From the NCBI GenBank assembly GCA_051362555.1, contig CM120641.1, positions 17,174,001 through 17,238,000 on the forward strand: a DNA stretch of 64,000 bases. The letters run 5' to 3'. The DNA is from Lingula anatina (lineage: Eukaryota; Animalia; Brachiopoda). The number at the start of each line of letters is the position of its first letter. The stretch's first letter is position 1. The notes under the pieces were generated by a model. That model was not told the DNA's origin and did not search any database. It saw only the letters and a program-made list of their open reading frames with translations. Position numbers and translations under genes: made by a program. Positions 13,493 to 27,396 of this stretch are shown piece by piece.

Positions 13493-16380
13493 AACTTTCT
13501 GAAAATGATAAAACATATTTTGAATTCTGTTCTAATTGGTTCAGTCAAAGAGTTGAATTATGGCAAATGCAGGACCCACATTAAGGATTAAAATCACGTG
13601 GCATTACATTGATTCATGTTGTAACATTAAAAGAAAATATTTTACATGGTTAATGTGTGTCGAATTTTGTGTACCAAGAAGTCGCCAAACCCAGACAAAA
13701 GAAACGTAAAACCTGAAGCAAAAACACCAACCACACGAGACGCCGTGAAATAGTGATGACGTAACGATCCCCCGTTTGAGGTAAGACTCTGACGTAACGC
13801 GGACCACTTTACTCCGATTACAGCACTTCGCTTCTGGATTTTTCAATGCAAAGTAGAAACACATATATACGTCGTATAGCCCGCAAATCCAAAGTAGAAA
13901 CACATATATACACCGTGTAACTCAATTAGAGGGACAAAATCCCTATGACACATAGAAACGACCGAAACATTGAAGATCAGTTACGAGCCTACCAAATACT
14001 TAATACAAAATAAAGGGGGGAGGAGAGAAGGTGCAACCACTGTTAATATTCCATATGTATCAAGAACAATGTTATCATGGTTTGTACGTGATGTTGTCTA
14101 AGTCTTTGTTTACAGTATTTCATAATTATGTATCGGAGATACAGAAATCCGTTCTAAATGCCTTAATAAAGATCAGCCTACTCTTGTTTCTCGATTTATA
14201 AACCCTTTAATCAGATACCAGGAAAGCAACAACACGCAGTTGTAATAAAAGTGGTGGCAATTTCCTGAAATACATTAAAAATCATACATAGAATCAAGTA
14301 TAAGAAAATAAAAGCTAACTTGTCCAGGAGACTATACTTATGACGACAAATGTCGGGACGCGCATATGGTACAATTAATTTAAGTGACGCCCAGTTACCA
14401 GCATTTGTAAAGTATTTAATGTTAATTCAGTGCGTGGGGTTAATTAACAGTGCACAGCACTGCAGGTAAACATATTTTATTATACAGAAGCAAAGTAACA
14501 TGCTGTACTATGCATGCACAAAATTTTACATTTTCCTACTTAAAGTATTTCATTAACTAAACAATATGTTGCCTAACTTAAACCTGCCTCTTCGGTTTCT
14601 CCCAGTTCATGTTTGTTTTTGGAGTGAGTAACTATTTAAATTGTGCAGAACTATTCAAAGGGTGAGGCATGATAATAGGCTCATCGTCTGCATTGAAAAA
14701 CTTCCATGTATTATTATGTTGCTACTATCAGAACTGTATATACTGGTAGATCGTGCTCACTTTTTAATATTGAAAATCGATATCGATAACTTTGCCCTTC
14801 TCTGTTTAAAGAGTTGCCCGCGGGTTTTTTACATGTATAGGAAAGTACACGTATAATCCAATCAATTCTTCTTGAACTAAGTGAACTTACAGTACGTTGG
14901 CTGTGACAGCTGACTGTGACTACGAAGGGTAACTGTTAATATCAGATAATGAATGCTGCCAACAAATGCAAATCGCGCATTTACAACAACGATTAAGAGT
15001 TTTAATCAATAGGGGTGTGATTTGCCGGTTGGTAAAGCCAACGTTTAACTTACAATACTTACAATTTTGGTATAAGAATCCTTCTTTCTGTGAATTATCA
15101 ATTCTAATATGTTTAACATTTATCTACCCTCTTATTATTTGCCTCAAATTACACAGAGACGTCGTTCCCAATGATCAATCCAACTCCACAGGGACTCTTG
15201 CTGAATGCAAAATTTACAATGTGTTAGCTGATGAAGAATATGGTGGTATCTATGGTTATGGCAAGATTGAGATTCCCGTGCAAACTCGGTATTTTACATG
15301 TGGAGAGATAGCAAATAACTGACCACTTTCAGTGCGATTAAATAGCTCGGCATTCTACACTCGTTTTCATTTCAGGGATTGCTGAGGATCTAACCTTACC
15401 GTACTTATCAATATATGTGTTCTAGTCCTGTGGTGTCAGTACATGTATTTTGGCACGCTGGGTAGTTATTGTGCTGCCGCTCTTAAACAGGGAGTGTGGC
15501 CTTGGAAGTTTCAGCTGAAGCACAGCATAACGCATTTAAGTTAGTTATGTTTCCAGTGGATTATCATTAATATATGGAGCGTTCCTATTAAACCGTGATA
15601 CTGGGCAAACAAGGGCAAGCTAATTGTTTGCCAACCACTCCTACTCTTACCCCTCCTGAATGTCAAGTTTAGACGAGCAAAGGGTTCGTGCAACTCAGTA
15701 ACAGCGGCAGCATAGGTTTAATGGGAGGCATTGTTGAGATATATGTATCATACCAAAACACTTTTGATAGAGGTAAACTTCATCATATGCTAGGATCTTG
15801 TTTTTGTTACTATTCTTTGACTTTTTTTCTAGTTATTTTATCGGTGGTGGTGTTGTTATTTTCTTCTTTTTCTTCTTCTTCTCATTATTACTATTATTAT
15901 AACTATAATAATAATAATTATTATTATTATTATTATTATTTTGAAGTAACTAAAATAATAAGAAGAGTAAATTGATTTTATCCATCCAATGAAAACTAAT
16001 CAATAATACGCTTCCAGTTCTCAAAAGCCATTTCAAAAAGTTAAACATAATAAGGTAGAAGGCATCTGGCAATTTTCGTCAGACTTTCGAGCCCACGGTG
16101 ATAGTTATGGGTAAACAAGTTTTTTTTTTTTTTTTTTTTTTTGGCAATGGTACATCTATATGAAATTATGATTATCAAAACACAATTAAAACACTTTATA
16201 TTGCACATGAGCCGGTCGTAGTTTTCATTTTTGAAAAAAACGTATGCTCATCATAAAATAATTAAAGCAAATTAATATTCTTTACCAAAAGGTGAAATCT
16301 AGTTGGATTTTTTAAGTAAAAGAATGATGTAATCCTCCACTTAGAAGAAAATTTTGAAAAAAAACTTAAAAACGACTCAC

Positions 16381-16600
16381 CTTTAATTATGTCCAATATT
16401 ACCAAACTTCGGTTCGGTATTGATTACTTTCAGGCGCTCTTTTACTGGTCTAGGAGCAGTGTTTCTTTAAAGTGGGGTACTATCGACGGTCACATTCGAC
16501 TAAACTAACTCCAGATCAAATGACATCCCGATTTGTCACCACTGTAAATAGCTGTATCGGTCTCGAGTGGATGTCACGTGATCTGCCCCTCCCTATACGC
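16381..16600 (-). promoter_or_regulatory. Candidate 5'UTR exon / promoter of the GCNT gene
   Basis: Minus-strand donor AAG|GTGAGT at 16381/16380. CpG-containing patch with a GTCACGTGA E-box near 16573. Linkage to the GCNT gene is inferred from orientation. Confidence 0.35.
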
Positions 16601-16719
16601 ACCCGTTAAAGGACGGCAGATGGGCGCTAGAACAGAAAAAAAATCTTTTTTTTATAATTTTCAGCAGTTGCTTGTTTGAAAAAATCTTGTGACGAGAAAA
16701 TCATAAGTTGAAACTCCCA

Positions 16720-16862
16720 GCCACGACCGTAGCTATGTTCGATTTCATGGTATCAAAATTTTTCTCGGATCTCGCCTCCATCAATAAAACGCACAACTTC
16801 AGAAACAGAATAACAACGCTGACTGCTATTCTTTCTCCTCTATCGCAATCTGTTTTCTGGTT
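16720..16862 (-). mobile_element. Possible degraded hAT (ZMYM1/Tip100-like) transposase fragment
   Basis: Minus-strand pieces in different frames: KTDCDRGERIAVSVV and VVRFIDGGEIREKF*YHEIEHSYG. Together they resemble the hAT motif ETTD..KEQL..V.RFVD...IRE.FL. Confidence 0.35.
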
Positions 16863-16888
16863 AAGGGAACTAATGCTCACGTATACCG

Positions 16889-16935
<47 letters not shown>

Positions 16936-16997
16936 TTTGCAGCATTTTCTTGGCCAACGGGGTATGGCCCATATGAAAATGAATTGAATAATAGTGT

Positions 16998-17037
<40 letters not shown>
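16889..17037. repeat. (TAT)n and (CT)n microsatellites
   Basis: (TAT)n at ~16889-16931 and (CT)n at ~16999-17037. Confidence 0.9.
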
Positions 17038-17039
<2 letters not shown>

Positions 17040-19930
17040 GAAAGTGTTATTTCACATTACCTTTTATAATTTGCATTGTTTAATTTTTCCAACGGCGTGA
17101 TGACAACTTAAATTTTTTAATGGCCAGCTTTATTTCCACGAGTTAAATTGCAAGCTTTATTTCCACGTGTCTTCACAACAACTTACATGTAGATTTCTTA
17201 AATTCCAAAGGATTATCAGTAATGTAATCATTGCATCTATTAACTTCTTCTATTACATCATTAACATCATCTATAACAAAAGTTAACTGAATTTTCAGAG
17301 AACTTTCAACGATATAACCATCCCAAATATATCATATTATGTAACTGGCGGACAAATGACTTATGTGGTCGGTATAGCCACATTAGTGGGTATAGACTAC
17401 CGAACAAAGCTTTGTCTAAGAGCGAAACTGTATTATTAACATTCATTAACATAGTGAAGATAAAAAGCCTGTCGTGCAGTACATAAAGATATACAGTACT
17501 GGGCAAGCTGAGTCTGTGGAATTATACCTACATTAAATTAGCGCCATATAATACACTGTACTTGTCTGTAGAGTTTTCTTGGCTCCTGGGTGAAATAAAG
17601 CAATCTTTTTTAACCGCGTAGAGGAATCGCCAATGAGATGGGGGTGGAACATGTAACACGGCAATGCACGTAGTGAAACTAAAAACATTCGATGCATCAG
17701 CAAAGTGTTAAAAATTCACAGGATTAAAGCATTTACATATGAATCACATAAATGCAAGGTCACACTGCGGCTAAGCCCATTAGGATAAAAAATGTCAGCT
17801 TAAGCTTAGAAAATCTTTAATAAATGACAGGTGAACGAGATAGTAAAGCCCTGACAAAATGCCAAGATATTGATCCGTTCACCAATTTCGAGATGTAAAC
17901 CTGATTCATGTGTGAATGCGTGATGCACATTTATTTCGCAAGATGTTTTTCAAGAAAGTGCTTATTGTAATCAACTTATTAGGAAAAGGTTAAAGTTCCT
18001 TGTTTTTTATTTACAATTAAGGACACAGCGACAGCATGTGATTGGTTGGTCGGATTAAGATGCAAAATGCGATTTATTAAAAAAAAAGTCGGATACAAAA
18101 GAAGCATTTTTGAAGACAAATAATGGCACGCTACTGGCACAGGTATAAAGTACATTTACGGATATTTACCACACTGTAGCACACTGTACCCAATACTTTT
18201 ACAAAACGTTTCATGCGTGTAGAGTAAACTTTGTTAACGATTTTGGATAGGGTATACCTTAGTAATAAGGAAAAAATGCTGAAATTTCCAGGAAAGTGCA
18301 TTTTTGCTAAATAAACGTTACATGCTTTTAAGAATTCCCTTGGTATTTTAGCAGTTTCGTGCCAAAGACACGAGGCCTCATAATGTAGTATATTTAGTTT
18401 ACAATGTCAGAAGTAGCATTAGCGGTGTTGGAATAAAGATATCTTCAGCCCAAACGCGTGTTGTTTTAAACTGAGAACATGTAAAGCATATTGGCTCTTA
18501 TTTAGATTTTAGTGCTCGAGGGAAAAGCTCTAGTTCGCCACGTACAGCTACTTATAATATATTTAGGATGAAACCCCCAGTCGTTATTTGCAAAATTATT
18601 TGTGTAACACCTACCAGTGAACGAGGAGCATTTTTTAAAAATCCAAAGCGTGATGATGCATCTACGTTATACGACTTGTTTTGTTAAAGTTTTTGTCCTT
18701 AAATCAAAAAATCTGAAAATGAATCGACATGTTTATTCCCGACACGTAAAAATATAAAGTCGTATACTAGTACCGGAGCATAGCAAGCTATAATATATGC
18801 CAGTACAATACATCATTAAGACGCGCAAAGAGAAATAATCCCTTAAATAAACGTTTCGGAAACGAGAGAGCTTCAGGGAAAGAAGGTGGAAATCTGTCTA
18901 ATTACGATATCACATGAAGACAGTAAGACATCAATTCTTGACAACCTGTCATGTGGTGACGTAAGCAGTCAGTCCAATCTGATGGTGTGATTCTGTGCAT
19001 TAATCAATTAATTAATTTATTTATTTATTTACTTGTGGCCTCTTGAATAATTATTTATTTCTAAAGTTAGTTAATTAGTTAGTTAGTTACATGTAGTTAG
19101 ATAGTTATCTATTTTGCGGTCTATTGAACTGTAATCTTTGATAAAACGGGCTGTGGGGAGGGGGGTGGAATGCATTACGAAATTGCAACTACTTGACCTG
19201 TGAAAAGAAGCTCCCTACAGCCATGTATTAAACATATATACATGAATTTCCATACTTCCTTTGCTCCCTCAGTTCTTATCTGCAAGATATATCGTTACAC
19301 CTCCAGCACTTGGGTAACCAATTACCACCAGACATTGTAATTAAATCTATCCTAAAGACCTGGGGAAACAGTATACGCTGCTATCTTCAGCATTTCATAC
19401 CTGCTAGATTCATATCTTTGAATCACATATACGTCCGTTGACGAAATCTCTCATTACTAATTTACAGGTAGTTCCATGCAAAGCATTGCTGTCTGACCTG
19501 ACACAGTACTGAAAGAATTTACAGTGAAGAAAAATATAGCATAAGGTGATAAGAGCAAAAAGACCAAGGCTAAGTGTACATTCATATATCAGGACCGAAA
19601 CTACAATCGACTTAACATATCCGTCTAAAGGACTTTCCTCAACAAACATACCTGGAAGTAGTATTTGATAATTTTGAAAAAAAAAAGACAATTAATACAT
19701 AATTATTCTTCAAGCTGTATTTAAGAAAATAGCTAAGAATGCACTAAAGTGACCTTATGTTACTGAAGATGAACGTGTAGTTCACATGTTAGTGTATGTA
19801 TTTGCACAAACACAGAATGAGTAATTTTCACTTTATGAATATCCCGCAATAATCACTGCAATCGATAAGCAAGATAACAGTCATTGTTTTCTCTGTCCAT
19901 GTTAAATAAATGCCTTTTAATTTCCTGTAA

Positions 19931-20767
19931 TTATGAAATGATGCAGTCTTTTTTCGACGCTCCTTTTGGAATCTTAATTTTAGTCCTTATAGGCTGTCCT
20001 TCCGTGTTGCATGTGGCACTGCCAGGGACAGTTGTCTCTTTTTTAAAATTGGGGAGTGCAAACACGCTATGGCTTCGTTTTTCTCTGCGGGGCATTTCGA
20101 ATGCCAAAACTCCTAGGCTAAATTTTCGGCGTCCGCTTGGTTTGGTGGTCTCCATCAACTCTACATGATCATCGTGAGCAGGGGGCAGGGACTGCATGCT
20201 CGCTCGTCTTATTTTTAATAACTTGTCCAAATGCTGAGCTTCAGGAAGTTTCGCTTGACCAACGAGCATTTGGAAGATATCTAGAATCCCTATGTTTTCT
20301 TTTGCTGACACTTGGATGTGAAAGGTTTGTAATCCCTCACTTTCCACCCAGTTTCGCACAGTCTCCTCCTCAATCTCCCTATCGTTCTCTGTGATATCGC
20401 TTTTATTTCCTGATATACAGATAGGAATATCTTGGTAGTTTTCTCTTTGTTCTTTAATTTGTTCCCAGATGTGTTTTATCTCTTCAAACGAGTCACTGTT
20501 GTCATAAGCGTAAACAAGGAGAAAGGCGTCCGCTGTAGAGATGGACAAGCGTCTCATGGCTGGAAATGACCACGATCCAGCCGTGTCCAGAATGTCCACT
20601 TTGATTCTCGTCGATCCGATGATATATTCCTTGCAGTGCAGGTCCTCTATAGTCTCTTTATACTGCTCTGAGAACGACTCCTTGAGAAAGCGCGTTACTA
20701 TGGAGGTCTTTCCGACTCTGCCCGAGCCAAGCACGACTAAACGCTGCCTACTCTCCGTGTACGCCAT
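19931..20767 (-). CDS. RASD: RASD (Dexras1/Rhes)-like Ras family small GTPase, paralog A, 278 aa, intronless CDS
   Basis: G1 GSGRVGKT, switch I YKETIED, G3 DTAGS followed by the RASD/Di-Ras signature FPAMRRLSI, G4 NKSD, G5 SAK. Long basic tail ending in CAAX CIIS. Confidence 0.93.
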   Translation of the reverse strand: MAYTESRQRLVVLGSGRVGKTSIVTRFLKESFSEQYKETIEDLHCKEYIIGSTRIKVDILDTAGSWSFPAMRRLSISTADAFLLVYAYDNSDSFEEIKHIWEQIKEQRENYQDIPICISGNKSDITENDREIEEETVRNWVESEGLQTFHIQVSAKENIGILDIFQMLVGQAKLPEAQHLDKLLKIRRASMQSLPPAHDDHVELMETTKPSGRRKFSLGVLAFEMPRREKRSHSVFALPNFKKETTVPGSATCNTEGQPIRTKIKIPKGASKKDCIIS

Positions 20768-23313
20768 GGCCGCGACACAGTGTGAAGTGGAGAGAACGCG
20801 CAGTCGGCGTTTAACTAAGCACCTGACGGCGATATGTAAAAACTGAGCTCCTTTTATCAGAGCATCAGACTCGTGATCAGCTTACTTTGTGATGGCTCGT
20901 TCTAAATTAGCCAGTCTAAATTTCGCTACAGAACGTAACGGCTAACTCGATCAATCGACCAAACCTGTATCTGTTTCCACTCTAAGCTTGTCTTAAGTAA
21001 GTTAGGGGATGGCAATAAAACTTTAATTATCTTCTTTTGTTGTTATCATTTGGTGACATTCCACTTGACAAAACGATTTCACTGTTAGCACAAAGTAGCA
21101 ACGCTGACGCGCATCAAGTGTTATTATCAAGTACAACAAAAACTCGAAGAGGGGGATTAATTCTTAATCGCAAATACACATTAACTTAGAGCTAAATGAC
21201 GCTTCTAACAAATAACTCAATTCAAGTTAGGGATACGTTCTTTTGATAAAGATCCGTAGTTATTGCTTTAAAGTTATTACACGTCCAAACCGCTCGTCAT
21301 TACCGAACAATTCTTAAGATGAAGATGAACCGCAACATCAAAAGACTTGATATGTTGTATACGTATATTGGCCGCGAAAAGCAGAGAAATTAATGACTGT
21401 TTCGAAGTCATAAATCATAAGCGTCTATTTCTTTCGTAAATGGCAGTGGTTTTGTTTCCTAATAAAATAATCTAACTTAAAAATAGCAATACAAATAACG
21501 TGAAATGGTACAGTATTTAAACGTACTCGAAAGACGAGACTGTCGAATTAATGGAAGGAGTAATTTGTTTACTGGTAGTAAAAGTATGTATACTTCAGTT
21601 TTTTTCCTTTTAAAAGACTATCACTCACGTACGGTACATGTAATACTGTAAAAGGGATACTCGTACGAAACGTGCGCCAATTATAAATTTGGTTTCCAGT
21701 TTTTTTTTTTTCTCATAATTAAATTGCTCTCGGCACAAGAATGACACACCTATAAGAATATCAATGTTAATTAGGTATGAGGATGACAATGATGAATTAA
21801 GACGAACAAGTTGATTATACTGTGGACCATTATTTCACTGTTTGTCAACCTTTGTATGATTAATTAGGCATTAATAATACCACAGGCAACGTGTTTCCAT
21901 TACTTTAATCCTTCATCTAAATGTATTTCTCGTTAAAAAATTGAAATTGCCATTTTGACTAAAAAAACGGCCTTGTGGGGGGGGGGGGGGGGGGGGGCTC
22001 TATCACTTCAGATGCAAACAAGAGGTAATTACAAGCAAGAGCTAAAAAGCTCTTAGAATCGTCATTGACATCGTTTCGTGGATGTCTTTTTCAATCCGAT
22101 AATGTCACTTTGCCTTGTTCCTAGGACGCAGTATATTGTGTCCTGGCTTGTTTCAAATGCGGAGCTTTAGAAATGGTCACGTAATACACAAGGAGGTGGG
22201 GAAAAGAGCGTGGAAGATCGAGGGTAGTTCGATGTGCACTGATTGAGAAAAAAGAAAAGAGACGGCTACTGGTGGTTTAAACAAACTGGGTATTAATGTA
22301 ACCATTACTTCTGACTGTCTGTCATTTCATGAATGGAAAAACTGTCTGGTTATTGTTGGTAAAATGATACCAGTATATGGTGACAGTCACGAGTTGATTG
22401 CTAACTACAGGGGTAAAATAATACGATGATCATAGACTTACATGTACTAAAAACGCTCAGCAAATTGTCAAGCTTTGAGGCACAAAACAGCGGATATATG
22501 ACATTCATCATTTTTCAATATGCATAAACGTGATTATCTTAAATAAACACCAACAAAAAACCCATAATAATAGCATATTTAGCATCCTTATTACTAGACG
22601 TAGCGTTAAATGTAAACCGTCTCGGACTAAAACGTAATTTCCGATCAAGACTATTTGCTACATGTTCAATCCAGACACCTGTAATAAAACCTTATGGTAT
22701 TCTAAAACGTGAATTATAAACCAAACGGCCGTAAAACGTGGCATTTACTGCTAAGTAGGACAATTTATGACAGAGAAATAAAGACGATTACCATAAAAAG
22801 CTTGGTATGGATATTTTATCTATGATTTTTTTCCTATAGACCACATACGGCACATGAGGGCCGTTCATACGTACAGTTTAATGAGCTAATATTTCCATCA
22901 TCATCCATAATCCCTATATTTGCTAATGTAGTTCCGTCAGCTTTAAAATATTGTTGATATGCTTTTTTGTCCCAATCAAAAAACGACTTTTCGTGGTCTT
23001 TTTCTAGTACTAATCGACCATCAGGCCAGTCTGTTGAGAATCGCATTTATACAGACAAAAAACTGGTACATGCACTTGTTCCTTATACTCCTACCACTTT
23101 TATCAGTTAGCTTACACAAGGAAATGGTAAAATTCTTATGTAACTATTTCAGTATTTGGAACTCTTGTATGTGCCTTTGAGACGTGGATATATAGAAATA
23201 ATATACCTTGTGGTCTTGTTAAAGACAATATGAATTGAACATTGGGGCCTCTCACTTTGGAGCACCATCTACTCCAGACACAGCATTTACACAAATCACA
23301 CTTTAATATTTTA

Positions 23314-23603
23314 GGCTGTGTTAAGAATAGAAGTTACCAGCAGGATCGATCTATCTCAGGGGGATTCTCGTTAAGGCGAAGTTTAAACTGTAATGAACTT
23401 CGATTGTCTGGCACGCTTCCCCGTAACTCACAGTACTTGGGTGAAGTCGGGAAAACTTTTTGGTCCATGATATTGTTCACGTCGCTTTGCGAGGGGGCGT
23501 GCCAGACAATTAAGTTGATTACATTCACTGCCTAAGCGAGAATCCTTAATGAATGAGGTAGATCGTTCTTGTTAGTACGATAGCTTCTGTTCTGAACACA
23601 GCC
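23314..23603. mobile_element. PIF/Harbinger-type MITE (long hairpin, TTA target-site duplication)
   Basis: Ends are GGCTGTGTTAAGAATAGAAG and CTTCTGTTCTGAACACAGCC. Imperfect inverted arms of ~120 bp (e.g. ATTGTCTGGCACGC / GCGTGCCAGACAAT). TTA on both sides (23311-23313, 23604-23606). Confidence 0.8.
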
Positions 23604-25739
23604 TTAGCTGATCAACAAGTGTATAAAGCCCTAGTGTGCCTGCGTACAAAAGCAACCACACTAGGGTTTACGGTTGTAATGAGCAATTTTGAAAGGATCT
23701 GGTAGACAGTCTCAGGAAAATGAGTTGAAAAGAATAAAAAAAATTATTTATGGTTCTTGCGTTTACACCTGATGGCAATAAGATAAGTAAAATGAGCTTG
23801 TGAGCTGGCGTAGTGGCCTACTTCGATTATTTTCTAACAGCAGCCTCTTTCCACAACACAAATACTGCAACTTCTTGTCTATTCCTACCTTGCTCTCGAT
23901 CTCTCTCAAATGATATCAGATATAAGAAGTATGTTGAGACTAACACAAAGTCGATTAAAAAATTTATTAATTTTTAACTTAAAAAAAATGATTGACCGTA
24001 GAGAAGGGTGTGTATCCCTCGGCAGTGGAAGGGGTCCCGGCAACACATTTTGAGAACCAATTCTCTTGTTTTTATCCATTATTTATGGTGCTATACACAC
24101 TAGATTAGACGCGAGAGCTATTAGCACAAGCGACCTTGCAATGAATCTGGGAAGAAATTGGTGTTCTCTTCATTGAAGTTCTGTCTAAATGCAGGCAGCG
24201 ATCTTCAGCGTCGTGTTCGTGTCATTATCTCTGTCTGGTTTGTCACAAATCCTACATATATATGTCTCATATACAACAAGTTTGATGCCAAACACGTATT
24301 AGTCGTAAATCACCATGATTTCATACCAATTGTTTTCCCGCCCATAAGGTTACCGGCCAATGACAATAACATTGGATTCTATTATGTAGTGTTTTATTCA
24401 ATGTGAGTAATTTATAACCTTTCAAATTGTTAAATAAAAAAATAATACTGCATGAGGGACATTTTTCATTAAAAAGAAAAGTGTTCTCGAGCAAAACTTC
24501 AACAAAATTAATATTTGATTAAATAATGATATAATTTGGCAAGCTGTGCAAGATGACCACATGTATTTGTATTGGTTTTGATTTACGGTGTAAGTAGCAA
24601 TATCGTAATTGATCATTTTTCTCCTGCGGCTTTCTTTCATAGGAAATGCTGCCCTTAATTAAGAACGCTATTAAGTGACCATCTGCTTAACGCACGCACA
24701 TAGGTGGCTACAAGAGAACGCTGTGGAGCAACGTTTGATGAGAAGGGCAGGGACAAACATTGGCAGTTATGGGCAAACACACTGCAGGACAGTGCAAATA
24801 TATAATCAACAATTGTTTTAGGAAAAAGACGACAGAAAAACGCCATCTGGTCATTATACGTACAATTTTGCGGGGCATTGCGCGGTATGCGGCCAATTAC
24901 GTTTTGTCAGTGATTGGCATTTGAACTTTTTTGATCTGCCCACATTATTATTACTAAACTGATAACAAGGAAAGGGGAAGGAGACAGCACGAAGTTTCAT
25001 AAAAAATATAGAAGCCAATTTATTAATCCTTTCTCAATGGAATATCATTTTTTACTCAGCGTAGAGCAGTCACAGCAGCATTTGTCTACTAGTATACAAA
25101 CCAGCTAAAGTTGATATATGGACAGATACGTTTTCACAATATACAGATGGAAAAGTGACAAAGCATACCACTCAAAAGAAGTTAGGGAGCACTTAGAAAA
25201 AAAATATTTAAAAAGTACGTTAACTATTCAATAACTAAAAACGTAAAAATAATAATTGCCAATCATCTTGGGCTTCACTCTCAAGTATAATTATGCAAAT
25301 GAATTTTAAAAGAAGGGGGTGGTTAAAAAGTTGAATCACAGTTCTAAGAGTTTAATTTTTCAGTATCAAAAGGGTGTCTGTCTCTCGAAACCACACAGGC
25401 ATCACAACGCTTTCCCATGAAATCAGGTTAACTGAAAAACACGCCTCCTTGAGCAGCCAGAGGGTGATTAACTTTCACGTGCACAACCTTCTTTTTGCTC
25501 GAGGAGGCATGTCATTCAGTTAATCTGATTGCATTCAGTGAGAGTCCCTGCGGAGTTGGATCGATCTACCAAGACTGGGTTCCCATCCCTAGATCGATCT
25601 AACAGGATCGGTGCATCTCCACGGGGTCTCTCGCTAAATTGCTTTCAGCTCAAGTGGTTTAGACGTACGCCTATTAAAGCTCCTAAGTTAATTACCCTTT
25701 ATCAGCTTCAGCAGGTGTGACAGGCATCTAAGCTGCCCA

Positions 25740-25812
25740 AGTTAATTGCAATTTTAACTGCAGGCGAGAATCCCCTCGGAGAAAGTTCGACCTAAAGTTA
25801 GTACGATAGTCT
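25740..25812. mobile_element. Diverged fragment related to the 23314 MITE
   Basis: Shares GCGAGAATCC and GTTAGTACGATAG, in the same order, with the right arm of the 23314 element. Confidence 0.45.
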
Positions 25813-26931
25813 CCGGGAATGGTCTCCAAGACAAAACATTGTCAAGAACGTGAACGAGTATTCTTCCTCGCTTTTACCACATTTCCTTTCTTTTCCTAGT
25901 GGGACGGTTACCTGCAGGGCCCATACAAGTGCTAGTACTAGTATGTAAATGTATATTTCACACTAAATACGTGTGCATCCATTATTTCAATTTGTTTTTA
26001 CCCTCATTCATGTTCATCTATGTCTTCCGGTTTTGACTTTCTCTTTTGTGGTACTGTACTATTACACAAGTTTAATTTTTTAGACATTTTTATTTAGTTT
26101 CTCATTTGGAATAATAATTACCTTACTTTCAATACTTTTAATGCTAATTAATAACTATGTAAAGTGGGATCAAATGACTGTATTCGGCGAGAACTCCCAT
26201 CCCTGTTCAGATTTACGTAGATGAAAACGATACAGACCCCAGCGCACTCTATAGGTGAGATACAACACTATGATATCTGCTTTAGATTATTCACTTTAGC
26301 GATTGGAATGAAACAACTTAACATCTTGAATTTTTAATTTCAAGAGACTAAGCAAACTTAGAGCTTTTTACCTCCTACAAGACTTCTTCCACAAAGGGAC
26401 GAGAGCAGTTTTCAATCGTCACTTAGGAACAATAGTATGCATGTTGTTCTCAACTAACATAAGAAAAGCAGAGGTCGTAAAATCATTGTGTTTTGAACCT
26501 AACCACATTTTGCTTAAAATACATCGTTTACAGGCATCGGTTATGCAAACAAGAAGAGGATATAACTGTTTCCGCCCCCACAACGCTGCTGTTACATGTA
26601 CGTCATCTGCCCGAGTTAGCTAATTCACCCCGGTGTATTTTCTAATGCGGCAGCATCATCTCATTGCATGACAATGTTTTATTTCTGCATTATTTACAGG
26701 GGCACGCGGATAAGGCTAAAATCGTAACGTACAGAAACCCCCTTAAGTACAGCTATCAGATAATTAGATTAAACACTTCAGAGCACATGTTGTGCTTGCA
26801 TCATTCATTAGAAGAGGAACGCCAAAGAAAGTCAATTGACCTGATTCTTTGATATGTTATTGGGACGCACATGTGTAAGGCAACGTGTTTGCATGTATGA
26901 TGTTTCCTATTCATATGCCACAACACACACA

Positions 26932-27396
26932 GGTCGCATTTAGAACAGTGGACTAACTAGTCCCAGGGTCAAATATGGCCGACACACTCGAATACTTCGA
27001 CACTGGGAATCTATTCAGTGTCCACTAGCGGATTAGACCGCAAGATTTTTAGTGGGTCGCCATATTTGACCCTTGGACTAGCAACAGGGGCGGATCCAGG
27101 ATTATTTGAAGGGTGGGTTTCCATGGATGCAAAACCGACCCCCCCCCCCCCCCAACACACACACACACACACTTGGCGAGGGGTTCGCGGCCCGCTAAAG
27201 GGCCCCGAATTTTTTTGGGTATTTTAGAGTGTGAACGGTGCGGTGCCATTTGGTACGGTTTAAAACCATGATTCAGTTAATTAAAATTCTAATTTCAAGA
27301 GGGGACCAGAAATCGAAGGGGAGGTCAGGACCCCTCTAACCCCCCCCCCCCCCCCTAAATCCGCCACTGAGATAGCCCACTGTTCTGAGTGCAGCC
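26932..27396. mobile_element. Hairpin MITE interrupted by a nested element
   Basis: Left arm GGTCGCATTTAGAACAGTGGACTAACTAGTCCCAGGGTCAAATATGGCCGAC. The right arm is split into GTCGCCATATTTGACCCTTGGACTAG (to ~27081) and TAGCCCACTGTTCTGAGTGCAGCC (27373-27396). ACA flanks both ends. Shares AAATATGGCCGAC with the 38230 MITE. Confidence 0.7.
27085..27369. mobile_element. Non-autonomous TIR element nested in the 26932 MITE
   Basis: Terminal inverted repeats CAGGGGCGGATCCAGG and CCTAAATCCGCCACTG. Internal poly-C and (CA)n tracts. Confidence 0.7.

Noticed and set aside
13849-13911. Short direct repeats with a spacer (also ~17127, ~42516, ~43747, ~10332) as a CRISPR-like array
   Set aside because: Only 2-3 units each, no cas genes, and an animal genome; these are ordinary local duplications.
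15688-16932. Tyr/Asn-rich ORFs (also the IY-repeat ORFs at 39874 and 55749)
   Set aside because: Translations of microsatellites.
19410-19691. 93-aa minus-strand ORF downstream of RASD-A
   Set aside because: Non-ATG start, no recognisable motif, and it lies in the probable 3'UTR.
19884-20846. Plus-strand ORFs overlapping RASD-A (likewise those over RASD-B, GCNT, CD225 and the PKD exons)
   Set aside because: Antisense or alternative-frame shadows of real coding exons.
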